Source: a virus
Length of the DNA stretch: 45,391 nucleotides
Reading direction: 5' to 3' (one strand)
Virus record (IMG/VR): IMGVR_UViG_3300029251_000026
Position 1 is the first letter of the stretch; each line of letters starts with the position of its first letter. Made by a program: the position numbers and the translations under genes. The notes under the pieces are model-generated. The model made no database searches and had not been told where the DNA came from. It was given only the letters and a program-made list of their open reading frames with translations. Positions 16,858 to 23,892 of this stretch are shown here, piece by piece.

Positions 16858-17137
16858 ATATATTGAGCGTGAAGCGGCGGAAGATGCAGTCGGAGAAGCG
16901 TACCTAAAGGGGCTTAATCCGCTTTGGGAGTTGCGCGACGTTCCTGCCGCCGACGTTGCGCCGGTGGTGCATGGGCGGTGGGATGATTCCGGGAGATATA
17001 CGTTCCCGAGTGGTAACGCAGCTGTCAGGTGCACCAACTGCGGCTGCGCACTGACAGAGAGTGAGTATCACCTGAACAACTGGAATTACTGCCCTGTATG
17101 CGGGGCCAAGATGGACGGAGGTACAGACAATGATTGA
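16850..17137 (+). CDS. Hypothetical zinc-ribbon protein, paralog A1 of 17308-17613
   Basis: MTEYIEREAA...VPAADVAPVVHGRW...CTNCG...YCPVCGAKMDGGTDND. Confidence 0.6.
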   Translation: MTEYIEREAAEDAVGEAYLKGLNPLWELRDVPAADVAPVVHGRWDDSGRYTFPSGNAAVRCTNCGCALTESEYHLNNWNYCPVCGAKMDGGTDND

Positions 17138-17315
17138 ACTTAAATCTTGTCCTTTCTGTGGTGGAGAAGCGAGGTTGTTCGTAAATGACGGCGTAAGAGT
17201 GCTTTGTGCTAAATGTCACGCTTCTTCAAAAATTTTGGTGGACAGTGAATGCTACAAAACCAGTGCTGTTGAAAAAGTGATTGAAGAGTGGAACAGGAGA
17301 ACAGACAATGGCTGA
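17130..17315 (+). CDS. Lar-family (restriction alleviation-like) zinc-ribbon protein, copy 1
   Basis: MIELKSCPFCGGEARL...WNRRTDNG matches the Lar-family N-terminus LKPCPFCGG. Confidence 0.65.
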   Translation: MIELKSCPFCGGEARLFVNDGVRVLCAKCHASSKILVDSECYKTSAVEKVIEEWNRRTDNG

Positions 17316-17613
17316 GTATATTGAGAAGCACAAAGCAGTCAATCTTTTGACCGCTTTAGAGAACGAATTCCAGCAGTTTAAGCCGTTCAAAGGTTTTGAA
17401 CACGCAATGTATCGTAAATTGTGCGAAACAGAAATCGCTATCGGGAAATTACCTGCTGCCGATGTTGCGCCGGCGGTGCGCGCTCACTGGATTGAGCAAG
17501 ACGGAATGCAAATTTGTTCCAACTGTGGTGAAGAGCATACATGGGATGATTTCCGTGCTGCGTATTGTGATTGCTGCGGCGCGAAGATGGATGGGAGTGC
17601 AGACAATGGTTGA
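17308..17613 (+). CDS. Hypothetical zinc-ribbon protein, paralog A2 of 16850-17137
   Basis: MAEYIEKHKA...LPAADVAPAVRAHW...CSNCG...YCDCCGAKMDGSADNG. Confidence 0.6.
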   Translation: MAEYIEKHKAVNLLTALENEFQQFKPFKGFEHAMYRKLCETEIAIGKLPAADVAPAVRAHWIEQDGMQICSNCGEEHTWDDFRAAYCDCCGAKMDGSADNG

Positions 17614-17854
17614 ACTGAAACCCTGTCCATTCTGCGGGGGAAAAGCGACTGTTCAAGGTAAGCACACCGAAATATACGACGTTTGGGCGAACCACCCCGT
17701 TTTGTGTGCTAAGTATCGTGTTGGCTGTGAAAAGTGTGGAATTTATTTCTGGCAGTTGCACGAAATCCAATTGACAGATGGCCAACCCGCTGTTATTAAA
17801 AACGGATATGACGAAGCTGCCGAAGCATGGAACAGGAGAGCGGACAATGCGTGA
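17606..17854 (+). CDS. Lar-family zinc-ribbon protein, copy 2
   Basis: MVELKPCPFCGGKATV...AWNRRADNA. Confidence 0.65.
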   Translation: MVELKPCPFCGGKATVQGKHTEIYDVWANHPVLCAKYRVGCEKCGIYFWQLHEIQLTDGQPAVIKNGYDEAAEAWNRRADNA

Positions 17855-18026
17855 AATCACCAAAGCCGACATGGACAAGCCGATTGAACCGAAAATGGCG
17901 CGTGACGCTGTTACAGCGGTGCGCGATATAGCTGCGTATTTAACGGTGGGTGAGTGGTGCTTGATTATGGCAGGCGTGAAGAAAGCCGTTGAGAGAATGA
18001 CACAGGAGGAAGACGATGAAGTTTAA
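17847..18026 (+). CDS. Hypothetical protein
   Basis: Its ATG lies inside the conserved junction ggacaATGcgTGA. 59 aa. Confidence 0.45.
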   Translation: MREITKADMDKPIEPKMARDAVTAVRDIAAYLTVGEWCLIMAGVKKAVERMTQEEDDEV

Positions 18027-18558
18027 GAAGGGAAACAAGGTGTACAACCTCGCGGAAGCAATTTTTGAGTATTGCAAGACCGCTGAATGCTCTTTTTGCT
18101 CTATATGCGATGCCGTGAAATATACTTGCGGTAACGAAGCAAAAGACCTTGCTGATTTGATGGGCTTTGAAGTAATCGACGAGCCGACTATCGGAGAGAT
18201 TGTAGCAAAGCACAGTGAGGACGATACGCCCACCATTGCCGAGACGGCCGCAAAGCGCAGGCTGACCCGTGCGGACATCCTGCACGCGGCGGAGAAGTGC
18301 GTATGCGGACAGCGCGAGACGGACTACGGCACACCGGAGGATAACTTTAAGACGATCGCAGAACTTTGGAAAACATACCTCAGGCGCGCGTGCATGGATG
18401 AGGCGGGCGGTGTGTATATCGACGCGAACGACGCTGCCATGATGATGGCGCTACTCAAGATTGCACGCATTGCAGCAGGCGGCGGAAAGGCTGACAGTTG
18501 GATTGATCTTGCAGGCTATGCGGCCTGCGGGGCGGAATGTGAGGGAGTAACGGAATGA
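18016..18558 (+). CDS. Conserved phage protein, DUF6378-like C-terminal domain
   Basis: RETDYGTPEDNFKTIAELWKTYL...DAAMMMALLKIARI...KADSWIDLAGYAACGAE. The family is recalled from memory. Confidence 0.5.
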   Translation: MKFKKGNKVYNLAEAIFEYCKTAECSFCSICDAVKYTCGNEAKDLADLMGFEVIDEPTIGEIVAKHSEDDTPTIAETAAKRRLTRADILHAAEKCVCGQRETDYGTPEDNFKTIAELWKTYLRRACMDEAGGVYIDANDAAMMMALLKIARIAAGGGKADSWIDLAGYAACGAECEGVTE

Positions 18559-18621
18559 AGTACAGAAAGAAACCGCGATGGTATCTGAACCGGCTGATTC
18601 GAGAGATGGAGGTGACGGAAA

Positions 18622-18837
18622 GTGAGTAAATGCGAAATTTGCGGCTCAAAGCTGAAACAGGGCACTGGTAACGCAATCTGCATTACTGTATGCAGCTCGA
18701 TCAACCATTCGACGAGTATTTCCAATTTGTCGTACTGCGACGAATGTTTTAAGCGCGTTGTGTATAAGCCGCTGCGAGAACTGGATGACAAGGCGCGGAT
18801 GAATATTGTGTTTGATGGAATCGAGGAGGCAGAATAA
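18622..18837 (+). CDS. Hypothetical zinc-ribbon-like protein
   Basis: GTG start 7 nt after ggaggtg. CEICG...YCDEC. Confidence 0.5.
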   Translation: MSKCEICGSKLKQGTGNAICITVCSSINHSTSISNLSYCDECFKRVVYKPLRELDDKARMNIVFDGIEEAE

Positions 18838-19112
18838 TGAAATACCGCAAAAAGCCTGTTGTGATTGAAGCTGTCCGGTGGACGGGCAAGAACCGAGAGG
18901 AAATCCGTACTTTCTGCTCTCGCGATGCGCTTTTTACTCCTGCCCGGCAAGACACGGAAGGACGTACCACGAAGTGGAGTTTACTCATCGACAGCCTTGA
19001 GGGCATAATGTACGCTGAAACCGGCGACTACATCATCAAGGGCGTAAACGGCGAGTTTTACCCCTGCAAGCCGGATGTGTTCGCAAAGACGTATGAAGAG
19101 GTGGAAGAATGA
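18837..19112 (+). CDS. Conserved phage protein (MKYRKKPVVIEAVRW family)
   Basis: GAGGAGG RBS. MKYRKKPVVIEAVRWTG...GDYIIKGVNGEFYPCKPDVFAKTYEEV is a widespread phage family of unknown function. Confidence 0.6.
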   Translation: MKYRKKPVVIEAVRWTGKNREEIRTFCSRDALFTPARQDTEGRTTKWSLLIDSLEGIMYAETGDYIIKGVNGEFYPCKPDVFAKTYEEVEE

Positions 19113-19435
19113 CCATCTCTGAAATCGCCGCTCAGATGGGCGTTACACCGGAAACGCTGGTGCAGGAGGTTATTGCGCGGGAATCGGTCAAGTTTCAATG
19201 GCTTGTAATTTTGGGCGCACTGGCGATAGGTTTATCAATTTTTATCCTCTTGGCTTGTGTCATATGCAACAGCGAAGGGGTACCGGTGTTTGGTTTATAC
19301 ACTGCCTGCGGATTGATTTTTGTCGGTGTGATGTTGCTCACGAACGTGATCGGCTTGATTGCATGGAAAACCGCGCCGGAAACCACGGCGAACCAGTATA
19401 TTGTAGAACATTATGGAGGTGTACAGAATGATTGA
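19109..19435 (+). CDS. Membrane protein, hypothetical
   Basis: Two long hydrophobic helices. ATGA-coupled. Confidence 0.55.
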   Translation: MTISEIAAQMGVTPETLVQEVIARESVKFQWLVILGALAIGLSIFILLACVICNSEGVPVFGLYTACGLIFVGVMLLTNVIGLIAWKTAPETTANQYIVEHYGGVQND

Positions 19436-19793
19436 CCTGCACAAGCTGGACAAGTTTCGGCTGAAAGACAGGGAACGTGAGTTATATGGCTGCACCGGCG
19501 ACAGCGGGAACGGTGTTTTTAAGGTGTATGTTGGCGGCAAGTCGTTCCGAGTGATCGCAAGCAACGGCATGGGATGGGAGCACGTCAGCGTTTCGCCCGG
19601 CTCTGCACAGCGCAAGTGCTGCCCGACGTGGGACGAGATGTGCGCTATTAAGGATATGTTTTTCGGCGAGGACGAGCGCGTTATGCAATTCCACCCGCCT
19701 AAGTCGGAGTACATCAATAACCATCCGTACTGCCTGCACCTGTGGAGACCGGTAGATACGGAGATTCCGCACCCGCCGATGATTTGTGTTTGA
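19428..19793 (+). CDS. Conserved phage protein with GWEHVSVS motif (DUF7694-like)
   Basis: ATG after ggaggtg. NGVFKV...VIASNGMGWEHVSVS...PTWDEM...HPYCLHLWRP. Confidence 0.55.
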   Translation: MIDLHKLDKFRLKDRERELYGCTGDSGNGVFKVYVGGKSFRVIASNGMGWEHVSVSPGSAQRKCCPTWDEMCAIKDMFFGEDERVMQFHPPKSEYINNHPYCLHLWRPVDTEIPHPPMICV

Positions 19794-19802
19794 GGTGATA
19801 CG

Positions 19803-19922
19803 GTGGATTTTGAAGAAATTGCGTTCCGCGTATTGATCGGAATGTTGTTGGTATTTACAGGCTGCACGTTAGCAGCACTGGCGATTATGCTGCTTAGAGC
19901 AGCGTTAGGAGGATTTGCATGA
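19803..19922 (+). CDS. 39-aa single-pass membrane peptide, hypothetical
   Basis: GTG start 5 nt after gaggtg. MDFEEIAFRVLIGMLLVFTGCTLAALAIMLLRAALGGFA. Below the track cutoff. Confidence 0.35.
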   Translation: MDFEEIAFRVLIGMLLVFTGCTLAALAIMLLRAALGGFA

Positions 19923-20095
19923 CGGCTAAGTACATCAAGATGGGCGTGGAGGAATGGTACACCGAGGTTTACAAGTGTATATCTTGCAGTGCGGATACGA
20001 TGATGACGATGAACGAAAGGTATCGACAGCCGCGATTCTGCGCAAATTGCGGAGCGGCGTTTACGCAGGAGGAAAACGATGAACGCAGTGAGTGA
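19919..20095 (+). CDS. 58-aa zinc-ribbon protein, hypothetical
   Basis: ATGA-coupled. CISCS...FCANCG. Below the track cutoff. Confidence 0.4.
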   Translation: MTAKYIKMGVEEWYTEVYKCISCSADTMMTMNERYRQPRFCANCGAAFTQEENDERSE

Positions 20096-20393
20096 AGATG
20101 TTGAAAAACTCGTGGAAAAGGAGCTGGAAGCTGCAAATGAGCGATTCCCACAGTTCCACTCGGAGCACGAGGGTTGGGCGGTAATGCAGGAGGAAGCCGA
20201 GGAACTGCAAGAAGAATGCGCCAGTATCGAGATGGCGATGGAGCAGCTCTGGCACCGAATCCGTGACGGTATCCCAACGTCGCTGCAGGTGGCACTGGTT
20301 GGGCAGTACGCCGAAGCTGCGGCTTGCGAGGCTATACAGGTGGCGGCGATGGCGAGAAAGTACCTTGATATGTTGGAGCGGATGGACGAGTGA
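20079..20393 (+). CDS. Hypothetical acidic helical protein
   Basis: ATG after ggaggaaaac. 104 aa. Confidence 0.5.
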   Translation: MNAVSEDVEKLVEKELEAANERFPQFHSEHEGWAVMQEEAEELQEECASIEMAMEQLWHRIRDGIPTSLQVALVGQYAEAAACEAIQVAAMARKYLDMLERMDE

Positions 20394-20462
20394 AGCGATA
20401 CAGCACGGAGATGCGGCAGTATCTGGACGAGATACGGCGGTATGAAAATTGGAGGTACGGGA

Positions 20463-20732
20463 ATGTCGAAGAAAAAGAAAGTCAACCCATACCGAATACC
20501 GGCGACGCAGGGTGACATAGAAAAAGCCAAACGAGACGCAACGAACACGGCGGTTGCGTCTACATGGGCAATTATGTTTAGCGTTCTACGGGATAAAGAA
20601 GGGTACGACTATGACCGATTACGGCGGATATGGGACGAAACAAACTACCTCGCAGACAGCATCGCCCGAAAATACGTTAAAATCGACGATCTGATTGAAG
20701 AACTGCGGGAGAATGGAATAGCATTAGCATGA
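20463..20732 (+). CDS. Hypothetical protein
   Basis: ATG 7 nt after ggagg. The track ORF was trimmed from 20442. Confidence 0.5.
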   Translation: MSKKKKVNPYRIPATQGDIEKAKRDATNTAVASTWAIMFSVLRDKEGYDYDRLRRIWDETNYLADSIARKYVKIDDLIEELRENGIALA

Positions 20733-20944
20733 AAAAGAAAAGCGAATGCGCTGGGTGCGCATACTGGCGGGTACTGGGTACAAGCCAAGGGTCTAAGCTA
20801 TGGGCGTGTCATTATTTGATCGACACGGGGAAATCGCGCGGATGTGAACCGGGTGTGGGTTGCGTCCGCAAGGCGGCGAGAATCAGCCGCCGCAGGCGAT
20901 ATACACAGCATGGTGTGGAGGAGGTAGTGGCACACGACGACTAA
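20729..20944 (+). CDS. Hypothetical Cys-rich protein
   Basis: ATGA-coupled. CAGCAYW...CHY...C...C pattern. Confidence 0.45.
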   Translation: MKKKSECAGCAYWRVLGTSQGSKLWACHYLIDTGKSRGCEPGVGCVRKAARISRRRRYTQHGVEEVVAHDD

Positions 20945-21347
20945 AGAATGGCTCAGACGAGGGATTGATCTGGAAAAATCAATCTCTGCACTGGAAGAAG
21001 CACGAGTAAGGGCGTGGACGCGGGCGACAAGCGCAACAGCGACGATCAAGGACACGCCGGGCGGCGGCGGTGACGTGACCGCAAACAAGGCGGATGCGTA
21101 TCTTGCCCTGTCCGAGAAGATACAGCGAGAGCAGGAACGGCTTGCACTGATTAAGGCCGAGATTATCAGCACAACGGCTAAGGTACAGGATGCGGCGCTG
21201 CGGGCGCTGCTGATCGAACATTACGTGAACGGTAGAACGTGGAGAGAGACCGCCGAAAAGATACACTACAACGAGGATCATGTGCGCGGACGGATGCACG
21301 TTCGCGCCCTGCGGGAAGTGGAGAAGTTATTAACAGATTGTGCATGA
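20934..21347 (+). CDS. ArpU/RinA/DUF1492-like late transcriptional regulator; apparent ACG start (conservative GTG start at 21075)
   Basis: The frame is open from 20928. TTKEWLRRGIDLEKSISALEEARVRAWTRATSATATIKDTPGGGG...LLIEHYVNGRTWRETAEKIHYNEDHVRGRMHVRALREVEKLL fits the full-length family layout. GGAGGAGG lies at 20917-20924. There is no ATG/GTG/TTG before 21075. Confidence 0.5.
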   Translation, partial: TTTKEWLRRGIDLEKSISALEEARVRAWTRATSATATIKDTPGGGGDVTANKADAYLALSEKIQREQERLALIKAEIISTTAKVQDAALRALLIEHYVNGRTWRETAEKIHYNEDHVRGRMHVRALREVEKLLTDCA

Positions 21348-21361
21348 ATCTGTGGAAAACT

Positions 21362-21395
21362 TACCACACTATACCACAAAAACTGGTGTTATAAT
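21362..21395 (+). promoter_or_regulatory. Extended -10 promoter (TGtTATAAT) with tandem TACCACA heptamers in place of a -35
   Basis: tgttataat 21387-21395. taccaca at 21362-21368 and 21372-21378, 10 bp apart. Confidence 0.5.
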
Positions 21396-21476
21396 AGTAT
21401 TGTGATAAAAGCTCGTAAGAGCAGAATCACGGAGTTTCGTTCCTCCGCTTTCAGCCCGCCGAAAGGCGGGCACACG

Positions 21477-21504
21477 CCCGGAAGCCTGCGTGAGGGCTGA
21501 CGGG
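21477..21504 (+). repeat. ncRNA hairpin module M1
   Basis: CCCG gaa GCC tgcgtgag GGC tga CGGG. Confidence 0.7.
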
Positions 21505-21570
21505 TGACAAGCCTTTCTGTTTAACCCCAAATACCTACTTAAAGCGGTGGGGAGACCTGCCGCTGACCTG

Positions 21571-21598
21571 CTCCAAAGTCTGCATGAGGGCAGAGGAG
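21571..21598 (+). repeat. ncRNA hairpin module M2
   Basis: CTCC aaa GTC tgcatgag GGC aga GGAG. Confidence 0.7.
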
Positions 21599-21678
21599 CA
21601 AAACGCCTTTCGCGGAACGAAGGCATTGATTATCCTTTCTATTCTTTCGGCGTGTCTTTTGCGCGGCACGCCGATATG

Positions 21679-21706
21679 CTCCAAAGCCTGCATGAGGGTG
21701 ACGGAG
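21679..21706 (+). repeat. ncRNA hairpin module M3
   Basis: CTCC aaa GCC tgcatgag GGT gac GGAG. Confidence 0.7.
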
Positions 21707-21773
21707 TAATAACATATACGCTAAAATTGAGAATGTGTTGCGGTGTCTGCGGGCAACAGTCAACGCAAACATG

Positions 21774-21801
21774 CCCGGATGGCTGCGTGAGGCCGGACGG
21801 G
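21774..21801 (+). repeat. ncRNA hairpin module M4
   Basis: CCCG gat GGC tgcgtgag GCC gga CGGG. Confidence 0.7.
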
Positions 21802-21886
21802 TAACGTATGGAATCTTTTTAGCCAAGGGCAACGTGGCGGAATTTTGGCAAGCCTTGCATGGTGGACAACGTGCAAGGCAATCTGT

Positions 21887-21912
21887 TCCCGAAGCTGCAT
21901 GAGGCAGAGGGA
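21887..21912 (+). repeat. ncRNA hairpin module M5
   Basis: TCCC gaa GC tgcatgag GC aga GGGA. Confidence 0.65.
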
Positions 21913-22510
21913 GCAAAACGCCTCCAACGAGGACGATGATATTCGGACAGCTCGGAAAGACGAGCACTGTTTCCGAACAATGCTGGACTGCTGCAACAGT
22001 TCGGCAGAGTTTCGCGGGTGCTTGCAGGCACGCCGCAACCGGGGTCGCTCCCCGCTGTAACCTAATAAGGGAATCAGCCGGATTACAGACCGATAGCAAC
22101 TGCGACACGACGGAGAGCAACGCCGAACAGCCCATAATGAGAGGGAGAGTGCTGACCGGATAAGCACTCACACGGACTTAGTGAGCCGAGAAGCAAAACC
22201 ACCGGTACAAAGTTACAAAGCCGATACGGCGCTTCGGGCGGCTAAGTACACGCCGCGAAAGAGCACCAGCTGCTTATCTCTTGTAAGCATACCTAATCAT
22301 CAGGACGGAAACACAAGTAAACTTGCGAAAGTGAGGTTATTACCTTTCTGGATTTCATACAACCGTTCTGGACAGCGGCGCAAGCCTCGGTAAAAGCCCG
22401 ACGTACAGACGCGACGATAGCGCCCATACCTCCCTGTGGAGGTATACCGGTTTGCATAGTTGCTGAAAGCAGGTGCGAGTCCTGCAAAACCGAAACAGTC
22501 GTATAATGGG

Positions 22511-22548
22511 AAACCCCGCTCACCTTATGGCTTTGGTGAGCGGGGTTT
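22511..22548. terminator. Bidirectional terminator (end of the ncRNA and end of the minus-strand cassette)
   Basis: Perfect 14-bp stem aaaccccgctcacc / ggtgagcggggttt with a 10-nt loop. T-rich on the + side and tttccc on the - side. Confidence 0.7.
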
Positions 22549-22554
22549 GTCATG

Positions 22555-23544
22555 CTATTTAATTCTGTGGCCGAGACGGATTTCTTCTTCGGTCCAGCCG
22601 GCTTTACGGCGGAAGTAGTCTCTGCTCAACTCGGCTACATGCTTTTTACGGCAAGCAGGACAGTATTTAGACCGCGCGCCGCCGGTGAAATGCTCTCCGC
22701 ACATCATGCAGATGTGCGGTATTTTGGCGTGCGCCGCCGAAATGGCTTTACCTGCGCCTATGTGCAGGTTTCTTTCGCAACCGCATGATTTTACCTCGGA
22801 CGAGTAAAAGTACACTTGAGAGCGGTCAATCACGCGGCCACACTTTTTGCAGCGTGCGCGGAAACGGGTTTCTCCGTCCTCATTGCGATAGCGCTCTACG
22901 ATCTCAAATGGTCCGTCGGCTTGCAACAGCGGCGGGAGAACATAGCCGACAGCATGTGCTTCCACGATCTTGGGAAAGGGAACGAACTTCGGCGGGGCGG
23001 CGGTTATACCGCGCTTGCTGTCCGTCTTGCGCTGGCTCTCCTGTTTGGCTTTCTGGCGGCAGGCATCGGAACAGTAATACTTTTCCGGGCTGTCTGGCGG
23101 AATTTCAGCGCCGCAGACCTTACAAAATCGGTCGGTGTGGCGGATGCGCTCCTTGCGGTAGTCCTCCATATAGGCGCGGCCCTGGGCGTTATCGGCGGCT
23201 TTGACCGCCTCGGCGGCGCAGTCCGGACAATAGCGCTGGCGTGCTGACTTGACGATATACGGCTTGCCGCATACCTCGCACAAGTCGGTGGAGCCAAGAG
23301 GGCGCACGGTGCCTTTCTCGCGTTGACGGCGGTTTGCTTCGCGCTGGCGCTCGGCGCGGCAGTCCGGGCAGTACCACGCACGCGGACCACCATCAAACAC
23401 CTTGCCGCACTGGCGGCAGGTGCGCGGGCGCATGGTGGACTTAATGCTTTTTGCGGCGCAATCCGGGCACTTTACCTGATCATCGTACTGCGGCAGGAAA
23501 ACCCCACCGCAGGAGATGCATTTTCTGGGTGCTCTTGTTGGCAT
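22555..23544 (-). CDS. Multi-zinc-ribbon protein (six CxxCG...YCPxC-type repeats), function unknown
   Basis: 329 aa. CISCG..KCPDC, CRQCG..YCPDC, CEVCG..YCPDC, CKVCG..YCSDAC, CKKCG..SCGC, CMMCG..YCPAC. GGGAGG RBS. Confidence 0.7.
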   Translation of the reverse strand: MPTRAPRKCISCGGVFLPQYDDQVKCPDCAAKSIKSTMRPRTCRQCGKVFDGGPRAWYCPDCRAERQREANRRQREKGTVRPLGSTDLCEVCGKPYIVKSARQRYCPDCAAEAVKAADNAQGRAYMEDYRKERIRHTDRFCKVCGAEIPPDSPEKYYCSDACRQKAKQESQRKTDSKRGITAAPPKFVPFPKIVEAHAVGYVLPPLLQADGPFEIVERYRNEDGETRFRARCKKCGRVIDRSQVYFYSSEVKSCGCERNLHIGAGKAISAAHAKIPHICMMCGEHFTGGARSKYCPACRKKHVAELSRDYFRRKAGWTEEEIRLGHRIK

Positions 23545-23556
23545 GGCATTGCCTCC

Positions 23557-23892
23557 CTATGCGATGATGGAGATAACAACAGGATCGGAAATAATAACCT
23601 CACCTGCGTCCTCGCCGTACTCGTAAGAGTTACCCGCGATAACGGCGATGTGGCGACCGAAATAGTCACCGTTATAGCGCGCGGAATCATCCAGCGCGTT
23701 TACCTTGATACCGCATAATCCGTTGAGTTCCTCGCCGGTGTCCTCGCCGTTGTCCCAGATGTGGGAAACGTGGTCGATCTCACCGAGCGCGAAGGGCTCT
23801 TCCTGCTTGCGGACTGCGATGCATGCGTAATCAAAATCATATTCTTCCGCGACTGCGGCGATACGGTCGCGCTGCTCTTTGGTAAGGGTCAT
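23557..23892 (-). CDS. Small strongly acidic protein, hypothetical
   Basis: 111 aa with 23 Asp/Glu and 8 Lys/Arg. AGGAGG RBS and its own promoter. Confidence 0.6.
   Translation of the reverse strand: MTLTKEQRDRIAAVAEEYDFDYACIAVRKQEEPFALGEIDHVSHIWDNGEDTGEELNGLCGIKVNALDDSARYNGDYFGRHIAVIAGNSYEYGEDAGEVIISDPVVISIIA

Larger units (their letters stand above)
21400..22548 (+). ncRNA. Candidate large (~1.15 kb) ornate structured ncRNA, family unassigned
   Basis: No credible ORF. Dense perfect helices carry GAAA-type loops in the + sense. Five covarying hairpin modules. Own promoter and a 14-bp-stem terminator. Confidence 0.6.

Noticed and set aside
18555-18629. A 24-codon ORF, MKYRKKPRWYLNRLIREMEVTESE, sharing its first 7 residues with the gene at 18837 (MKYRKKPVVIEAV...).
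   Set aside because: It may be a remnant of a duplicated 5' end. Similarity stops after 7 codons, which is too short to support either a gene or a pseudogene call.
20390-20515. A GTG-start 41-aa ORF overlapping the start of the 20463-20732 gene.
   Set aside because: It is possible, since it is coupled to the stop of the 20079-20393 gene, but there is no RBS or motif. It was not annotated.
19295-20548. Long minus-strand ORFs opposite plus-strand genes. Examples are 19295-20548 (417 aa), 30255-31862 (535 aa), 33174-34667 (497 aa), 40971-42290, 42157-43500, 14748-15734 and 3212-4384.
   Set aside because: These are shadow ORFs of GC-rich coding regions. They have Arg/Cys/Leu-rich nonsense composition and no RBS. 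They lie fully inside plus-strand genes that have clear family motifs.
21477-21912. The five 26-28-nt repeats could be read as a CRISPR array.
   Set aside because: The repeats are not identical; they covary. Spacing is 94-113 nt, not 30-40 nt. No cas genes or leader are present. The pattern fits RNA structural modules.
21539-22171. ORFs inside the putative ncRNA region: 210 aa and 135 aa on the minus strand; 85, 71, 75 and 70 aa on the plus strand.
   Set aside because: None has a Shine-Dalgarno site. They overlap one another, and their composition is Cys/Arg/Pro-rich. The repeated peptide LQSLHEG only reflects hairpin modules M2 and M3, which happen to be 108 nt apart. The other modules fall in other frames.
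22469-22485. A tRNA T-arm-like hairpin, gcagg-tgcgagt-cctgc.
   Set aside because: The loop is TGCGAGT, not the TTCRANY type. The flanking sequence folds as one long hairpin (cggtttgca...tgcaaaaccg) with no D arm or anticodon arm. I could not support any tRNA in the window.
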